Assembly (NCBI GenBank): GCA_001949185.1
Contig: BDGG01000015.1
Coordinates: 873,036 to 937,035, forward strand
Origin: Ramazzottius varieornatus
Taxonomy: Eukaryota > Animalia > Tardigrada
Length of the DNA: 64,000 nt
Direction of reading: 5' to 3'
Numbering within the stretch: the first letter of the stretch is position 1; each line of letters begins with the position of its first letter. The notes under the pieces were generated by a model. It had not been told where the DNA came from. It saw nothing but the letters and a program-made list of their open reading frames with translations, and ran no database searches. The position numbers were made by a program, and so were the translations under genes. Shown here piece by piece: positions 38,601 to 50,900 of this stretch.

Positions 38601-39360
38601 CGGAAGGGAGCCAAGGAAAGCCTTTCACGTTGGATACTTGCTAAAATGACTTGTCATGGGGAAGACTAAAGAGTGTCATGAGACCTGGCGGATGGAAGGA
38701 AGGAAGAAAGGAAGGAAGGGAGGAAGGATGGTAGCAGGCAGAGCACACTGCATGAAGCGCAAGCTTTCAGGTGAGAAGATCCGATATCCAGCATAGACAA
38801 CACTATTACGCACTGGCGATCGCATTTCCCTACGATTTACCCTTCCACCTACGCCAGCGCATTTTTTTCCTTGGCAAAGAATGCTGTCATACGATCCGGA
38901 CATCTCCTGCAGCATTATAATGCACAAACATGCCCGCCATAAACACAATTTCCACAGAAAAGTCACGTTGAGGTGTGTGGTTCTGTCTTCCCTTTTAGTC
39001 TTTTGGGCGCAGCATCGAAAGCCGATAAGTGGTCAATATGGGCGCGCTGGCGACACTTACCGCGGTATTATTGACATCCAATTGTAATTCATAGTTGGCC
39101 AGCAGATTATGGCGATGGTTGATGTGGTCGCGGGCTAGGAGGGCGGCGGGAAGCACACCGCGACCCAAGCGACTGGCTTCCGAGTGCTGAGCTAGAGGGA
39201 AAAGCCCGGCAATTAGCACTTCCCCCTTGACCGGATTATTCCGCTTGCTCTTGTTGTGATGATGGCCGGCGTGGTAATGGTGATGAATTTGGCCGGATAT
39301 CATCACCATCAAGTTGGCCATCACCATCCATCCCGCCACCTTCCACCGTGGCATCAACAT
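26620..39360 (-). CDS. GABBR2: Metabotropic GABA-B receptor subunit 2
   Basis: Venus flytrap domain IAGLFPL...[32 protein letters not shown]. 7[51 protein letters not shown]-terminal coiled coil. First coding intron is about 7.8 kb (31268-39057). Confidence 0.92.
26875..27050. repeat. Family A element, two units, last GABBR2 intron
   Basis: TTGCGCCACTTGAG at 26919 and 27003, GTGGCGCGC at 26969. Confidence 0.8.
27505..27713. repeat. Family A element, two units with TIRs, GABBR2 intron
   Basis: TTGGGACGTGAGCAAATG ... half-sites at 27547/27581 and 27629/27663 ... ATTTGCCCACGTCCCAG. Confidence 0.88.
30390..30450. repeat. Family B palindromic module in GABBR2 intron
   Basis: ACCTGCATAC (30396)-N30-GTATGCAGGT (30436), perfect half-sites. 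Confidence 0.75.
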
Positions 39361-40899
39361 TGGTCAGCGACAATGAAGGACCCAACTAACTTCCGGTCCT
39401 TCCCATCCACCTGTTCACTTCATGAGAAACTCCTGAATAAAAGTCGGGGAAAAATATTCTTCCGCCGAGATCATGCTGAAAGTCAAGCCAGTGAAATTCA
39501 AGCATAGATTATGGAAGGATATTATCTGTGGGAAGGTCGCAGTGGAAATATGAGAAGAGGTATCAAGAGGAAAGGTCGTGTGATGTATCGAGTGGGACGG
39601 GGACATGAAATAATGAAGAGAGGCTTGATATTATAAATATGTGCTCAGCCGATCAGTGAGACAAGTCAACATGGACAAGTACTGATTACGCCCAGTGGGA
39701 ACAAGGTGGCGAGGCAGCACTTTACCAGCCCGGCCCGGCCCGGATATATCCTAGATCTCCCATCCAGAATTGACACAACTCTTGGCCACAAAGTGCTGAT
39801 TAAACAAGCACATCACTCTGGCGGTAAAACGTGTCGACATCATGTATATTCCCGCCAGCCACAACACTAAAGGAGAGAAAAAAAAAGTCAAACGAGCGAG
39901 GGAAAAAGAAAGGATCAAATCTGAGGCTGGCTGCAAGCCACTGTCAACGTATAATACTAGGCTGTGTGCTTCTCAGCACTCGCGATATGTATCAATCCGC
40001 TTGGGTGTTTTTCTGACGTGACGTTATAACAAGCAATAGTCGATTTAATGTGATCCACTGTACTGACTGGCCCATACTAGAGAACAATCCCAGCTCATCA
40101 CGGCCAACGAGCTCCACACAGGCAGAGTACTGCGCCGACTAAGGTTCTCGGCGCTGGCCGACAGAGAAGGAAAGGAGGAAAGAGCTGTGGTGCCTTTGAT
40201 GATGGAGGAAGCAGGGCGGGATCTTCTCTGTCCTTACGCCCTATACTGTATGGTGCTGTGTCGCGCGCTGAAAGATGCATGTCGATTGAGACAGCAAAGC
40301 TCACTATATTACGTCTTCTATAGCCCTCACCACCCGCTGCTCCAGCTTGCTCAAAGCTGCCAACCCGCCGCTTTCACAAGCCCGCCATCCTACATTCGTA
40401 CGCAACCGTATTGCCTTCCAGTCAGATAAATCAGCGCTGCCTTCCTTTCCTTGATTAACCAGCCAGAAAAAGAAAGTCATTTCCTTGTAATTTATGGCAA
40501 TGAACCTATGCAAGTGACAACCTCAAGGTTTGCCTCCATCTTTAATGGCGCTAAGCCTGTGCTTTCATTTCCCTTGTCAGCCCTCTTGGCCAAAAGAGGA
40601 ATGAGCCACCAGCGGTAACTGAATGGCAACCTGAGACCGTCGGTCTCCAGTTACCGGCGTTGCATCTTCGAACACTTCCTTCGACCTGGCTCTAGAGCGG
40701 TGCTATGGCTGATCATGACCTGTCGAGCCGCCCAGGGAAGTCTTACTTGTGGTGACGTGCTGTGTCCGCAAGAAAAAGGTCTTTGGCCTCATTATTGACA
40801 TACCTTTATCCCCTAAAGTGCATCGGCGGCGGCGCGAAGTCCTCACGGCAAGGAGCTATCCAGGCAGGATGCGGTGGTCATGTGTTTCACGCCTCAAAT

Positions 40900-42117
40900 A
40901 CGTTTTTAGCCGATGTAATCCTATCCTTCTCCACTGCCTACTGTATCCACTCTTTCATTTTCCAGGCCTCCAAATACGCAGGTCCAGCTCTGCCTGTGCA
41001 TCTTGGCTGCAGCTACTTTCATCTCGACGTCAGAAACCTGGAACACACAGCAACAGTTGAATATTCACCAGTCCCAGACCATGTCCTAGTGTCATGTCAC
41101 ATCAAACTAGAAACCGTTTTAGTAGTCCAACCTACATTCATAAGTATATACATTTAAAAACAATTTGGTTATGAAACATTGGCAATAATTTTCTTTCTGT
41201 ATTTCTTGGCGGTTTTATCAACGAGGAAGCGTGGATGCGGACCATCATATCTGGTCCGCAAACTCGATAATTTCGTCATACTTGGGGCGAACATGAAATA
41301 CATTGGTGGTGTTGCAAAGGCCTTGTCAAAGTTGAGTGGTGCAGTACTCTGCGCCAAGTGGGATGACAGAGTATGACGGATCGCTGGTCATAATCACGGG
41401 ATGGAGGAAAGAACGAGGCCAACAAGGCGGGCACAAAAGGCCGAGGAGGCTATACATGTGGCGCACCAAGCCATTAGGATACTGAGAGGCTGAAAAGGAC
41501 AAATGACAGCATTGGGTAATTGTTACTTGTCTGCTAATTCAATTGCTAGTCCCTACCAGCGCCATTCCATCCCAACCTCGGCGCTGCTGCGTGGGGACCC
41601 GTCACGAGACACGGACATAGTCCGACAAAGATGGCCAGCCTTCCTTCTCCCGTCGTCGAACATCTCCCGAGGACCCAATGGAATCGCTCAGCTTAACCTG
41701 CAAAACCCTTCGAAGAATACTTCCGGTTGGAACCCAGAGGTAGTTTTCGATGGGAAGCAAGGCAGTACTCGGAATCTCGTCATAGCGGAAGGCGTGGAAC
41801 TCATTAGGAAATCAATCGTAGAGAAGATGGGCCTTGGCATGGAAGCAAAGCCAGAGTGGCTTTACCTCGGCAAACACTTTGACCCTTCTGGCAGACAGGG
41901 ATCCGCGAACCCAATGCGCACGAAGCAGGTTCAGTGGAACGCAGAAACTCCTTTCGCTACCTTCGAGGACAGAAGAGGTAAAGTTGACAACAACTTTCAA
42001 TTTATTCTCAGCGACATTCAGGGCTCGAAAACTCTGTTACAAAGACTTGCACCATCCAACCGTAAACGGGAAGACGTCTTACCAGATAGGTATACGTATA
42101 GGAAAAGACTGAGTTGA
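40900..42117 (+). mobile_element. Possible highly degenerate APE-type non-LTR retrotransposon remnant
   Basis: VEYSPVPDHVLVSCHIKL resembles the APE SDH motif, and QLNLQNPSK...WLYLG resembles late RT motifs. The catalytic YADD is not seen. Confidence 0.3.
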
Positions 42118-42222
42118 CAAATAACCTTCCAGGCAATTCTGCCGGCAAACAGGTGGGGTCAAACCACAGGATGACAAGCACGGAGGGAAGCACCGGAACG
42201 TGAAAGAAAAGTAGAGCATGTA

Positions 42223-42429
42223 CTGTATTTCCTCTAAGGTTTCGCGCAGTCACGTGACAGATCAGTGGATTACACCCAGGGCCTCATATCACTGATTGTT
42301 TAATTGTGGCACATTGCTGCGCTTGATTAGCCAGGAATTTTTGATTGATGGCCGTGAAGTTTTTTATCCCCGCCACGCAATATTTACTGGCCTGTCACGT
42401 GACTGCGCGAAACCTTAGAGGTAATACAG
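42223..42429. mobile_element. Tc1/mariner-pogo-type MITE
   Basis: About 38-bp TIR CTGTATTTCCTCTAAGGTTTCGCGCAGTCACGTGACAG (1 mismatch) flanked by TA on both sides. Confidence 0.88.
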
Positions 42430-42794
42430 TACGAGACAGGCTTTGGTCACTTCCGGTCACAGTTAACACCAGTTCATCCACTGAGCTTGGAACGACCTTG
42501 AGCGGTGCGACGCAAGTCTTTCAAGGTAACCCCGTCGTTGTGAATTGACCATGTCTTGCGGAGTTCCCAAGAGGAAGTGACTGTCGCGCCAGCTACAGAG
42601 GGCGGTGGCGCCACACCGGGAAGGTTTGCTGGCTGCAGTGTATTGGCCGATCATGGCGCAGTCACGCTTGTCCAGCGACCCCCCTTCGAACATCACCTTC
42701 GCTAAAGCTAACATCACCCATCTCGGATTCCGAGGGGGTGGCTCAATTTACATGGGACGCACCACATCCCTGCATCGATAGAAACATTGGACAC

Positions 42795-42985
42795 TTGGGA
42801 CGTGTCCGGCAAGTGACTTGAAGCAGATCATCGTCTCAAGTGGCGCACATTCTCGTTATCATCAAGTGAAAGTGTGCGCCGGTTGGCCAAAACAATCAAA
42901 CTCGACAGGATCGTTGTCTCTTGCTGGCGCACGTTATGATTAGGATTAGCTGAAACCGTGCGCCGCTTAGGAAGATAATCGAAGA
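42795..42985. repeat. Family A element, two units, intronic
   Basis: Half-sites at 42840/42874 and 42924/42958, linker AAACTCGACAGGATCG. Confidence 0.8.
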
Positions 42986-43824
42986 GAAAAGCTTTGCTGG
43001 AAGAAGGCTTTTGCTCACCAGCGCACAAGTGGTTTCTGTGAAGAAAGTAGTCCTTGATGCTTTCTCGGGCCTGTTGGGTTATCAGGCGGAGACTTCGATG
43101 AAGCCATTCGGTCTGCTCTTGGGGATATGGTCACCAGTTGACGGCAGCAATGACTTGGTACATGACATCAAAGTGCCGTTCTATCGCGAAAGGTGTGAGG
43201 ATAACGTACGGCCATTTGCTGCCCAGGCATTCACAGACCTTTATCATGCGAAAGATCAGCATCTTTCGAAGGGAAGGTGGACGGTCAGGGTCCAGTGGTG
43301 GCCGTTGACGCCATGGTTGAAGTGGACGATCGAGTCGATACAGGTGATCATCTTCAGGTTTGTTGACCAGCAACCATCGATCTCGTAAGCTTAAGGCTGC
43401 AGACAGTCAGATTCGACGATGGTGATCCGTTCCAACTGGCCATTGAGGTGGAAAATGCCGTGGTTTTCCAGTAGATGAGCTTTGTAGATACAACGGTCCA
43501 GAGGCGGACCGTGGTCCAGTCGTCCCGGTGAGATTAGCACCTGGTGCGTCAACGTCTTGATAAGTCCAACTGGATCGATGGAGATGGAGGGAAGAAGTCC
43601 TGGAGAGCTGGCCAGCAACATGTCGCCAAACATACTTCCTGGTTGGATGCGATTCTTGAAGTACTGGCAGATTCTACAACAACCAAAAAAAGTCATTCAG
43701 GAAACGCATGCGCAATGTACAGTAAGCTAATTAGGGCATATGACATTATTATTGCTCATAGCGAGAACCCGGAAACTGAGTCAATCAACCAAACGATGAT
43801 GAGTATTCCAAGACACTCTATGGG

Positions 43825-44012
43825 AGACAAACTCGACAGGATCGATTTCCAAGTGACGCACGTTGTCAGCTAATAACAATGTAAACGTGCGCCACTTGGG
43901 GAAAACAAGCTCAACAAGATTGTTTTTCCCCAGTGACCCACGCTTCCAGCTAGTATTTCTGAAGAGGTGCGCTACTTCAAAAAACCTTGTCCAGTTTGTT
44001 TTCCGAGCTCCA
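43825..44012. repeat. Family A element, two units, intronic
   Basis: Half-sites at 43853/43887 and 43933/43967. Confidence 0.8.
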
Positions 44013-44700
44013 ATTTTCTTTTCGAGACTAGTGAATCATCGCTTCTACTGCAAAATTGTGGTTTGGTCTAGTCTCGGAAAAGAGAATTACCGAGCTCGGA
44101 TCTTTTCGTTTCGAAGCGGAGTAAGAGGGCGAAGAATATCGTCAACGAGGAGGCGAGGCAGCATCGACCAGTACAGCTTCATCCGTTCCAGTTCCTGCAA
44201 GGTATCTTTGGGGACTTTCAGCGTCACAGTGTGTCCCAGGAAGCGCTACGAAACAGACGAAAAAAATTGTGTCAAAGACAGTGAGAAGGTTTTTATGGGC
44301 AGAAGAAGTTAGGGTAAGAGACAGTGTCAGCAAACCTGATAGTTGCGTTCTTCCATTGCCTGCAGCGTGGCTGAACGTGACTTGGAGGACGCTCCATCTA
44401 CCGTAGGATCCTATGGAAACTTCTTTAACGGCGAATGGCGTGAAGAAGTCCGTGACAGCGGGATCGCTGAAGATGGCCGGAACATGACAGAGGGTAAGCT
44501 TCCATTCCGTTGGCTGGACGATGTCCATATTTCCTATCAGACGTGCAGCTGATGTTTGAAGAACTTTCGCCTCCTATACTGACTAGTCGCAGTGCCGGCT
44601 ACCTAAAAGAACCCCAGAGACACCGCGGTATGTTTACTGAGGAAGACCGGGATAAGCTCGTGAAACGCACGCAGGCTGGATCCGGACCTGCTCATCAAAT

Positions 44701-45232
44701 GGGTTTTGTCAAATGAAAAACGGATTTTTCAGATTTTTCCAAAATGCTCAGGAGACGCATTTCTAGATCTTGCGTTCAGGTGTCCAACTGAAGGTACTTG
44801 TGGAAGTTTGTAGGCAACTTGGCGGCCTATCGTAGTTACGTGACAGAAGTCCCGTCCGACAACTATTGAAAAAGTTATGGAAGGAAGAAAATTGGGGTCC
44901 AGTATTCACGCAGGGACTTCACGCATGAGATCAATCATTACGTAAAGCATATCTTAAGAGACGGGTAGAAACGGCTGTCTGCAGTGAGTTGAACTCGACG
45001 CCTACAATGACGTCGGGTGTGAATTTTGTGATGCCGTATAAGGTAGGTGGAACTAACCATTGTAAAATACCACAGGTGGAAGTTCTTCGAAAATTTCTTT
45101 CTTCAAATCTAATGATATCATTTCGTAACAGTTGGTACCATTGGAAAGCCCGAATTCTTCTTCACAATGCTACGTTAAAAAAGCAAGATTCGGAATTATC
45201 GCGAAAAATCCGTTTTTTATTTGACAAAACCC
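44701..45232. mobile_element. Unclassified MITE
   Basis: 30-bp TIR GGGTTTTGTCAAAT(G/A)AAAAACGGATTTTTC flanked by AT on both sides. Confidence 0.8.
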
Positions 45233-45678
45233 ATATGGCCCTAATTTCAAAAGCTGAAAGCTTAACTATGCTTCGTGATGTGAAGCACTGTACTCCGGTT
45301 ACGTATGGATTTGTGGGATGGATATTATATGTCCTTGGTGAAATGTCTTTTATGAAAAGCAATAGCCATCTAGAGTCCGAATCAAACAGCCAGAGGCCGC
45401 CAGTACAGCCTGCTACTTTACTTCCGCAAACAATGACTATCCTCCAGCCATGTATTTGCAGGTTTTAAAGACTCCCACTCACCTTTGTCCCTGATGAAAT
45501 CTTTGGAGATCTCCTTGATACTGTAGTACAAGTGCATGCAAAATTGGCTGGGTGATTTCCGTCCGCAGCAGTCAGAAAAATCGCATTTGTTTCGCGAACA
45601 TACTAGAATACTTTTCTGACAAGGGCTCTCGTTCTTTTGGAATCAGTGCAATTCTGTCCATCTGCACCAGCGCAAAGA

Positions 45679-46095
45679 ATGGGCTCTATCACATACATCC
45701 TCGTTGGGCTCTTGGTTCTGAGTGTAGTTTCCGACGCGACGTGCAGTTCTGGGGAGAACCGATGGCGACAAGCTCGGCAATGGGACATGTCCTTCCGGAA
45801 TACAGGTCTCACTGATGGGCGCTCCCGAAGCCTGTCACGAGAGAAGCGCGATGTGGGATCTGATGGCATCTGGCCATCGTACCTGAATATCGGCGGAGGG
45901 AAGGTGTGGGCCATCGACCAGAATACCTGCGCCAAACAAGGCGGCAAGAGCTGCGCCGACAAGTGCAAGCAGCATCACATGGGCTACTGCCACGGATCCT
46001 GCGGAGGCACTACCGGCAACATTTGCTACTGTATCAAAGAGAGCACCGCATGTCCACCGGAGAGCCAAGCCTGCAAACGCGCTTGCTGGAAATAA
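45679..46095 (+). CDS. Secreted cysteine-rich prepro-peptide, defensin-like (CS-alpha-beta)
   Basis: Signal peptide MGSITYILVGLLVLSVVSDA, propeptide ending in furin-type REKR, mature region with 10 Cys including CADKC and CYC. Intronless. Confidence 0.75.
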   Translation: MGSITYILVGLLVLSVVSDATCSSGENRWRQARQWDMSFRNTGLTDGRSRSLSREKRDVGSDGIWPSYLNIGGGKVWAIDQNTCAKQGGKSCADKCKQHHMGYCHGSCGGTTGNICYCIKESTACPPESQACKRACWK

Positions 46096-46468
46096 CCCCA
46101 ACAACCCAGAACTTCTGGTCCAACTCTAAGTTCACTTCACTTTTTATTATTATGATATCAGACGAATTACTATTCTGAGAACACTGTGAAATTTTGAAGT
46201 TTGTAATGGTTAACGAAGAGTAAGCGAACGACAGCAAAACACAGAATCATGAACTTTGAATGCTCTTTCCGCCAGTAAAGACTACAATTATATCGACTGC
46301 AAAAAGTGCAGGAATAAAGTAGGCGAATGCTATGGTACAATGTGGCGTGGTACATTACAAGTGAAATGAATCGGGAGATGATGCATCTTGTGCTGGAAAG
46401 TTCCAAAGCTGAAGAGTATGCTGTGGAGAAGATGGTTCGCAACTGGACGAGGAACATTCTCTGGCGCA

Positions 46469-47367
46469 CTATTTCGCCTTCTTGTCTTTATCGTCCTTGT
46501 CATCACCGAACGCCACCCAGGACTGTTCTACGATGGCTTTCACCTTCTTCTCGTATTCTCTGCGGTTCTTAACGTACAGCTCAGATGCTTGACTATTAGC
46601 CGGGCTGTTTGGATTGGGTTCGTCGAGCAAGGACTACAAAACAGGAGAAACGAAATCGTGTCGGTCTAGCGGACTCAGTAACGTACAGTTTGTGCGTTGG
46701 AATATTCAAGAACCATACCTGGATAGAGGTAAGGATAGCAGAAACGTCGTACGTGGGACTCCATCGGTTTTGCAAAATATCAAGACAGATGTTCCCGTCA
46801 GCATAGACATTAGGATGAAACCTATCAAAAGAACGATGAACGATCAAAAGTACATGACATTCAACGAAACTCTATTTGCATTGTCGGATGATCCGCTTCT
46901 TGCTCTAATCCCCGAACTTACATTTTCGAAACAAAGCGGACTCCCGGAGGGCGATTAGGATATTCCTGCAACGAGAGGTCAATATATTAATGTACAGACT
47001 TCTGACGGTCAAGAGCTGTGGCGGAGACTAACTCTCTGGCTCTGGCTGTTTACTGACCCAAAGGTATCACGTTGTTTTACCTCGGTAAATTCCAAAACTA
47101 GCTTGAAAGTGCCGTCTTCGAACGGTGTGTCCGCAGGCCTAAAGAAGAGAGTGAAACACATGATCACTTACATAACCATCAGGACCTGAAACCCGCACAA
47201 GCCACAGACTGTGAGATATCGAGACAACGAGGTATCCCTTACCCGAAGATGACGGCGTGCCAGACTAGGATGTTGTTATCACAAGGCGCAGCGCATATGC
47301 CCGAAGGTGTATCTTCCTGCAGCTTCTTCAGGTCCCGAAGGAGGCGACGACGAGTCATGGTCGTCAT
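46469..47367 (-). CDS. UBE2A: Ubiquitin-conjugating enzyme E2 RAD6 (UBE2A/B)
   Basis: [73 protein letters not shown]. Five exons. Confidence 0.93.
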
Positions 47368-47968
47368 GATGAGGCACTCACGATTACCCACTCGTCACAA
47401 AAGACTCTGAACTTCCGTCCACTGCCAGAGCTTCCCGGAGTAATCTTACGAGGCAGAATCGAGAGGTCGAACAGATGGTAGGACTACGAGAAGTTACGGG
47501 AAGAGGACAAACAGTCTAATGAAAAACAGAACGGTTCAACGGGACTTTAAGACGACTTCCGACTGAGTTCCGGAACTTAGTTCCAATCAATGGAATGAAT
47601 GAAATTTCCAAAAGTAAACAACGATGTCGCGACGGCCGGAGAACGCCTACGTCATCGTCCAAGTCTGTCCGTTCCGCAGTCGTGTAACAAGCCGAAGCTT
47701 GATTACGACGGACCCGTATTCAGTTGCGCTGTTAGCGTCCTTGATGTCATTGTACAGAAAGAGTCTTTCGCAATCGCATGGATGTACGATGGTAAAACAA
47801 TTCGTGATTTTGTGATTATATAAATGTTTTTGATCTTTTTATAAATCGTTCTTTCATTTACCGTCTTTGGCTTCTGCGTTCCCGGTGTTGTACGTCTCAT
47901 CTGTTTGTGGAGGCAGCATCTAGAATCAAGTACTGGAAGGAAGACACGACTCAAGATACGACATCACG
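47368..47968. promoter_or_regulatory. Putative bidirectional promoter between RAD6 and EFL1
   Basis: Head-to-head start codons 600 bp apart, with several ETS-like CTTCCG/TTCCGG cores between about 47410 and 47580. Confidence 0.5.
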
Positions 47969-50900
47969 ATGCGGAATCTAACATCGGACGAGTTTCTTCT
48001 CTTACGTCGGAAGCCTCGTCGTATCCGCAACATTTGTATCCTGGCGCATGTTGATCATGGTAAGTGAAAAGATTTTTTGTCCGGAAGATGTGTATGGTGA
48101 CTTGTGTAACCCGTCTCTGCCTACAGGAAAGACCACTCTGGCTGATAGTCTGGTGGCCAACAACGGCATCATCTCGCAGCGCATGGCTGGCAAGCTCCGC
48201 TATATGGACAATCGTCCGGACGAACAAGAGCGCGGCATCACCATGAAGTCTTCGGCCATCTCTCTCCACTACCAGATGTCGAACCGCACCGACAATTTCC
48301 TGATTAACCTCATCGATTCACCCGGACATGTCGATTTCACCGGGGAAGTTTCGACGGCAGTGCGTCTGTGTGATGGAGCGATCGTCGTCGTCGATGTGGT
48401 CGAAGGCTGCGCCCCGCAGACTGTCCAGGTCCTTCGGCAAGCGTGGAAGGAGCATATCAAGCCCATCTTAGTGCTCAACAAAATCGACAGGCTGATCGTC
48501 GAGAAAAAGATGACTCCGATGGAAGCCTATCAGCGATTAGTTCAGGTCTTGGAACAAGTCAATGCCGTCATGGGCTCGCTGTTCACCACCAAGATTCTAC
48601 TCGAACAAGACCAGAGACGTTCTGAAAAAAGCGTCAACAGTAAGCCAACGCTCTTCTTCATTTTGGTGGAATTCTTTGCTGAGTCCAAGGAAGCGTTTCT
48701 GCCGTAATCGTGAGATTTGTTTGAAGTAATGTTATATGACATGACGTTATATTGTGTCATACTTGTTTGACATAGCTCATAAACAGCGCGTACGCCCTTC
48801 TCATAAAGAGTGGTTCTTTCAGTTGAGGATAAGGAGACCTTCGACTGGGACGCTGGTTTAGAGGAAGCCGACGACTCCAGCCTGTACTTCCAGCCAGAGT
48901 TAGGAAACGTGGCCTTCGTCAGCGCAGTGGACGGTTGGGGTTTCACCACCGAGCACTTCGCCGCCATCTACAGTGACAAGCTCAAGCTTAGCCGCAATGT
49001 TCTACGCAAGACCTTGTGGGGAGACTTCTACATCAACATCAAGGAAAAGAAAGTCCAGCGCGGTGCCTTAAACAAAGGCAAGAAGCCCCTCTTCGTCCAG
49101 CTCATCCTGGAGAACATCTGGCAAATCTACGACGCCGTCTGTAATAAGAAAGATAAAGACTTGACCGACAAGATCGTCACTGCTCTCGGGCTGCAACTTC
49201 ACGCCAGGGACGCCAAGCAGTCCGATGTCAAAGGATATCTGTTCGCTATTTGCTCGCAGTGGCTTCCGCTGAGTAAGACAAACCGAAGGTTTTCTTTTCG
49301 TTGGAAGAACTATACTGATTTATTATTATGTTTTGCTTTCATTGTTTTTCAGGTAAGTGTATCCTGGATATGGTCTGTGATAAACTGCCTTCCCCGAGTG
49401 AGCTCAGCGAAGAAAGAATCCAAGCCTTGATCTCGAACCACCGAAGGTTCGACAGCCTTCCAGAAGAGACGCGGAAGTTGAAAGAAGTCTTCCTAAAGTG
49501 CGACTCAAAGTCCAAGAACTTAACAGTGGCTTTCGTGTCCAAAATGTTCGCAGTAGACCCCGCCGACATTTCACGAACCGGTACACAGCGTCCGACAGGT
49601 CAAACTCTGTCTATGGAAGAGATCGCAGCTAGACGCCAGCAGGTCAGACTCCTGGCAGCTCAAGCACAGAAGGCTAACCAGAACAGTGAAGGGCAAGCGG
49701 AAGTGAGTAGTGCAGTGAGTAACGAAGTGAAGGAGAAACCTTCGGCGATCTTTATGGGCTTTGCCAGAATCTTCAGTGGGACGTTGAAAGAGGGTGATGA
49801 GCTGTACGTACTGGGTCCCAAACATGACGTCCAGACTGCGCTGTTAATGGAAGCTCAGGGCGCCACCTCCTTTCCACATGTCGGGCGAGTGAAGGTGGAG
49901 GGACTATACGCCATGATGGGCAGAGAGATGGAAACGGTGGGCGAAGCTTCTGTTGGAAACATTGTAGGTAAGACAATTTTCGCTCAGTTTTACTTCAACT
50001 TCATTATAGTCAAAATTGATCATGTCGTCCTTTTACCGTTGTAGCGATAGCCGGCCTACAAGACCATCTCGTTCGTTCGGGAACTCTCTCGACAAGTTTA
50101 GCTTGCCCAGCCTTCACCGACTTGCATTCTGTATCCGCGCCGATCGTTAAGGTCGCTGTGGAGCCAAAACGACTTGGTAAGCTCATAATGTCTTTTCTAA
50201 GTAAAACCCTGCAACGACTCTTATTCCTAGTCCGTGCTTCGTCAGTCTCGCCACGGTCTTTGCGGTACTGAATGACGGTTTGTGTTGCAGCGGATATGGA
50301 ACAACTGGATAAAGGTCTGAAGCTTCTCTACCAAGCTGACCCATGCGTGGAGGTCTACGTACAAGAAACCGGTGAACACGTCCTAGCTGCCGCCGGTGAA
50401 GTCCATCTACAAAAGTGCCTGAAAGACCTCACTGATACGTAAGACAGTCAATTTTTGATCGTTACTTATGTGACCAGCAACTCGTCGTTTTGTTCAAGTA
50501 GCGTGCTCTTCAAGCCAATGACACTGAGGACGTGCGCCACTTGGAAAAGCATTCATACTCGTCCAGCTTGTTACTCACAAGTGGCGCATGCTTATAGCCA
50601 ATAACACTGAAAACGCGCGCCGCTTGGAAAATCAGTCTTGTGCTGGTTTGCCGAGTTCCCAGTTATGTCTTGTTGACGTACGAATGACTTGTATGCAGGT
50701 TCGCCAAGATTGAGATTAACGCCTCAGAGCCCATCGTAGCTTTCCGAGAAACCGTCGTTCCACCTCCGAAGGTTGACATGATGAGCGAAGCCATCGTCGA
50801 CACCCAGGAGAACACATCCTCGACAAAAAAGAAAGCCTTGATTGAGATCACCACCCCGAATAAGCAGTGTACGTTGAGGATACGAGCTATACCGTTACCA

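Larger units (their letters stand above)
42463..44528 (-). pseudogene. RRM + F-box gene, disrupted (copy 2)
   Basis: WKLTLCHVPAIFSDPAVTDFF...LQVTFS/TLQAMEERNYQ|RFLGHTVTL, F-box YWSMLPRLLVDDILRPL...KIRAR|ICQYF. In-frame stops at 43391 and 43131 plus a frameshift. Confidence 0.65.

Noticed and set aside
31600-38900. Many short ORFs in the large GABBR2 intron
   Set aside because: No domain motifs or coherent exon chains; consistent with random ORFs.
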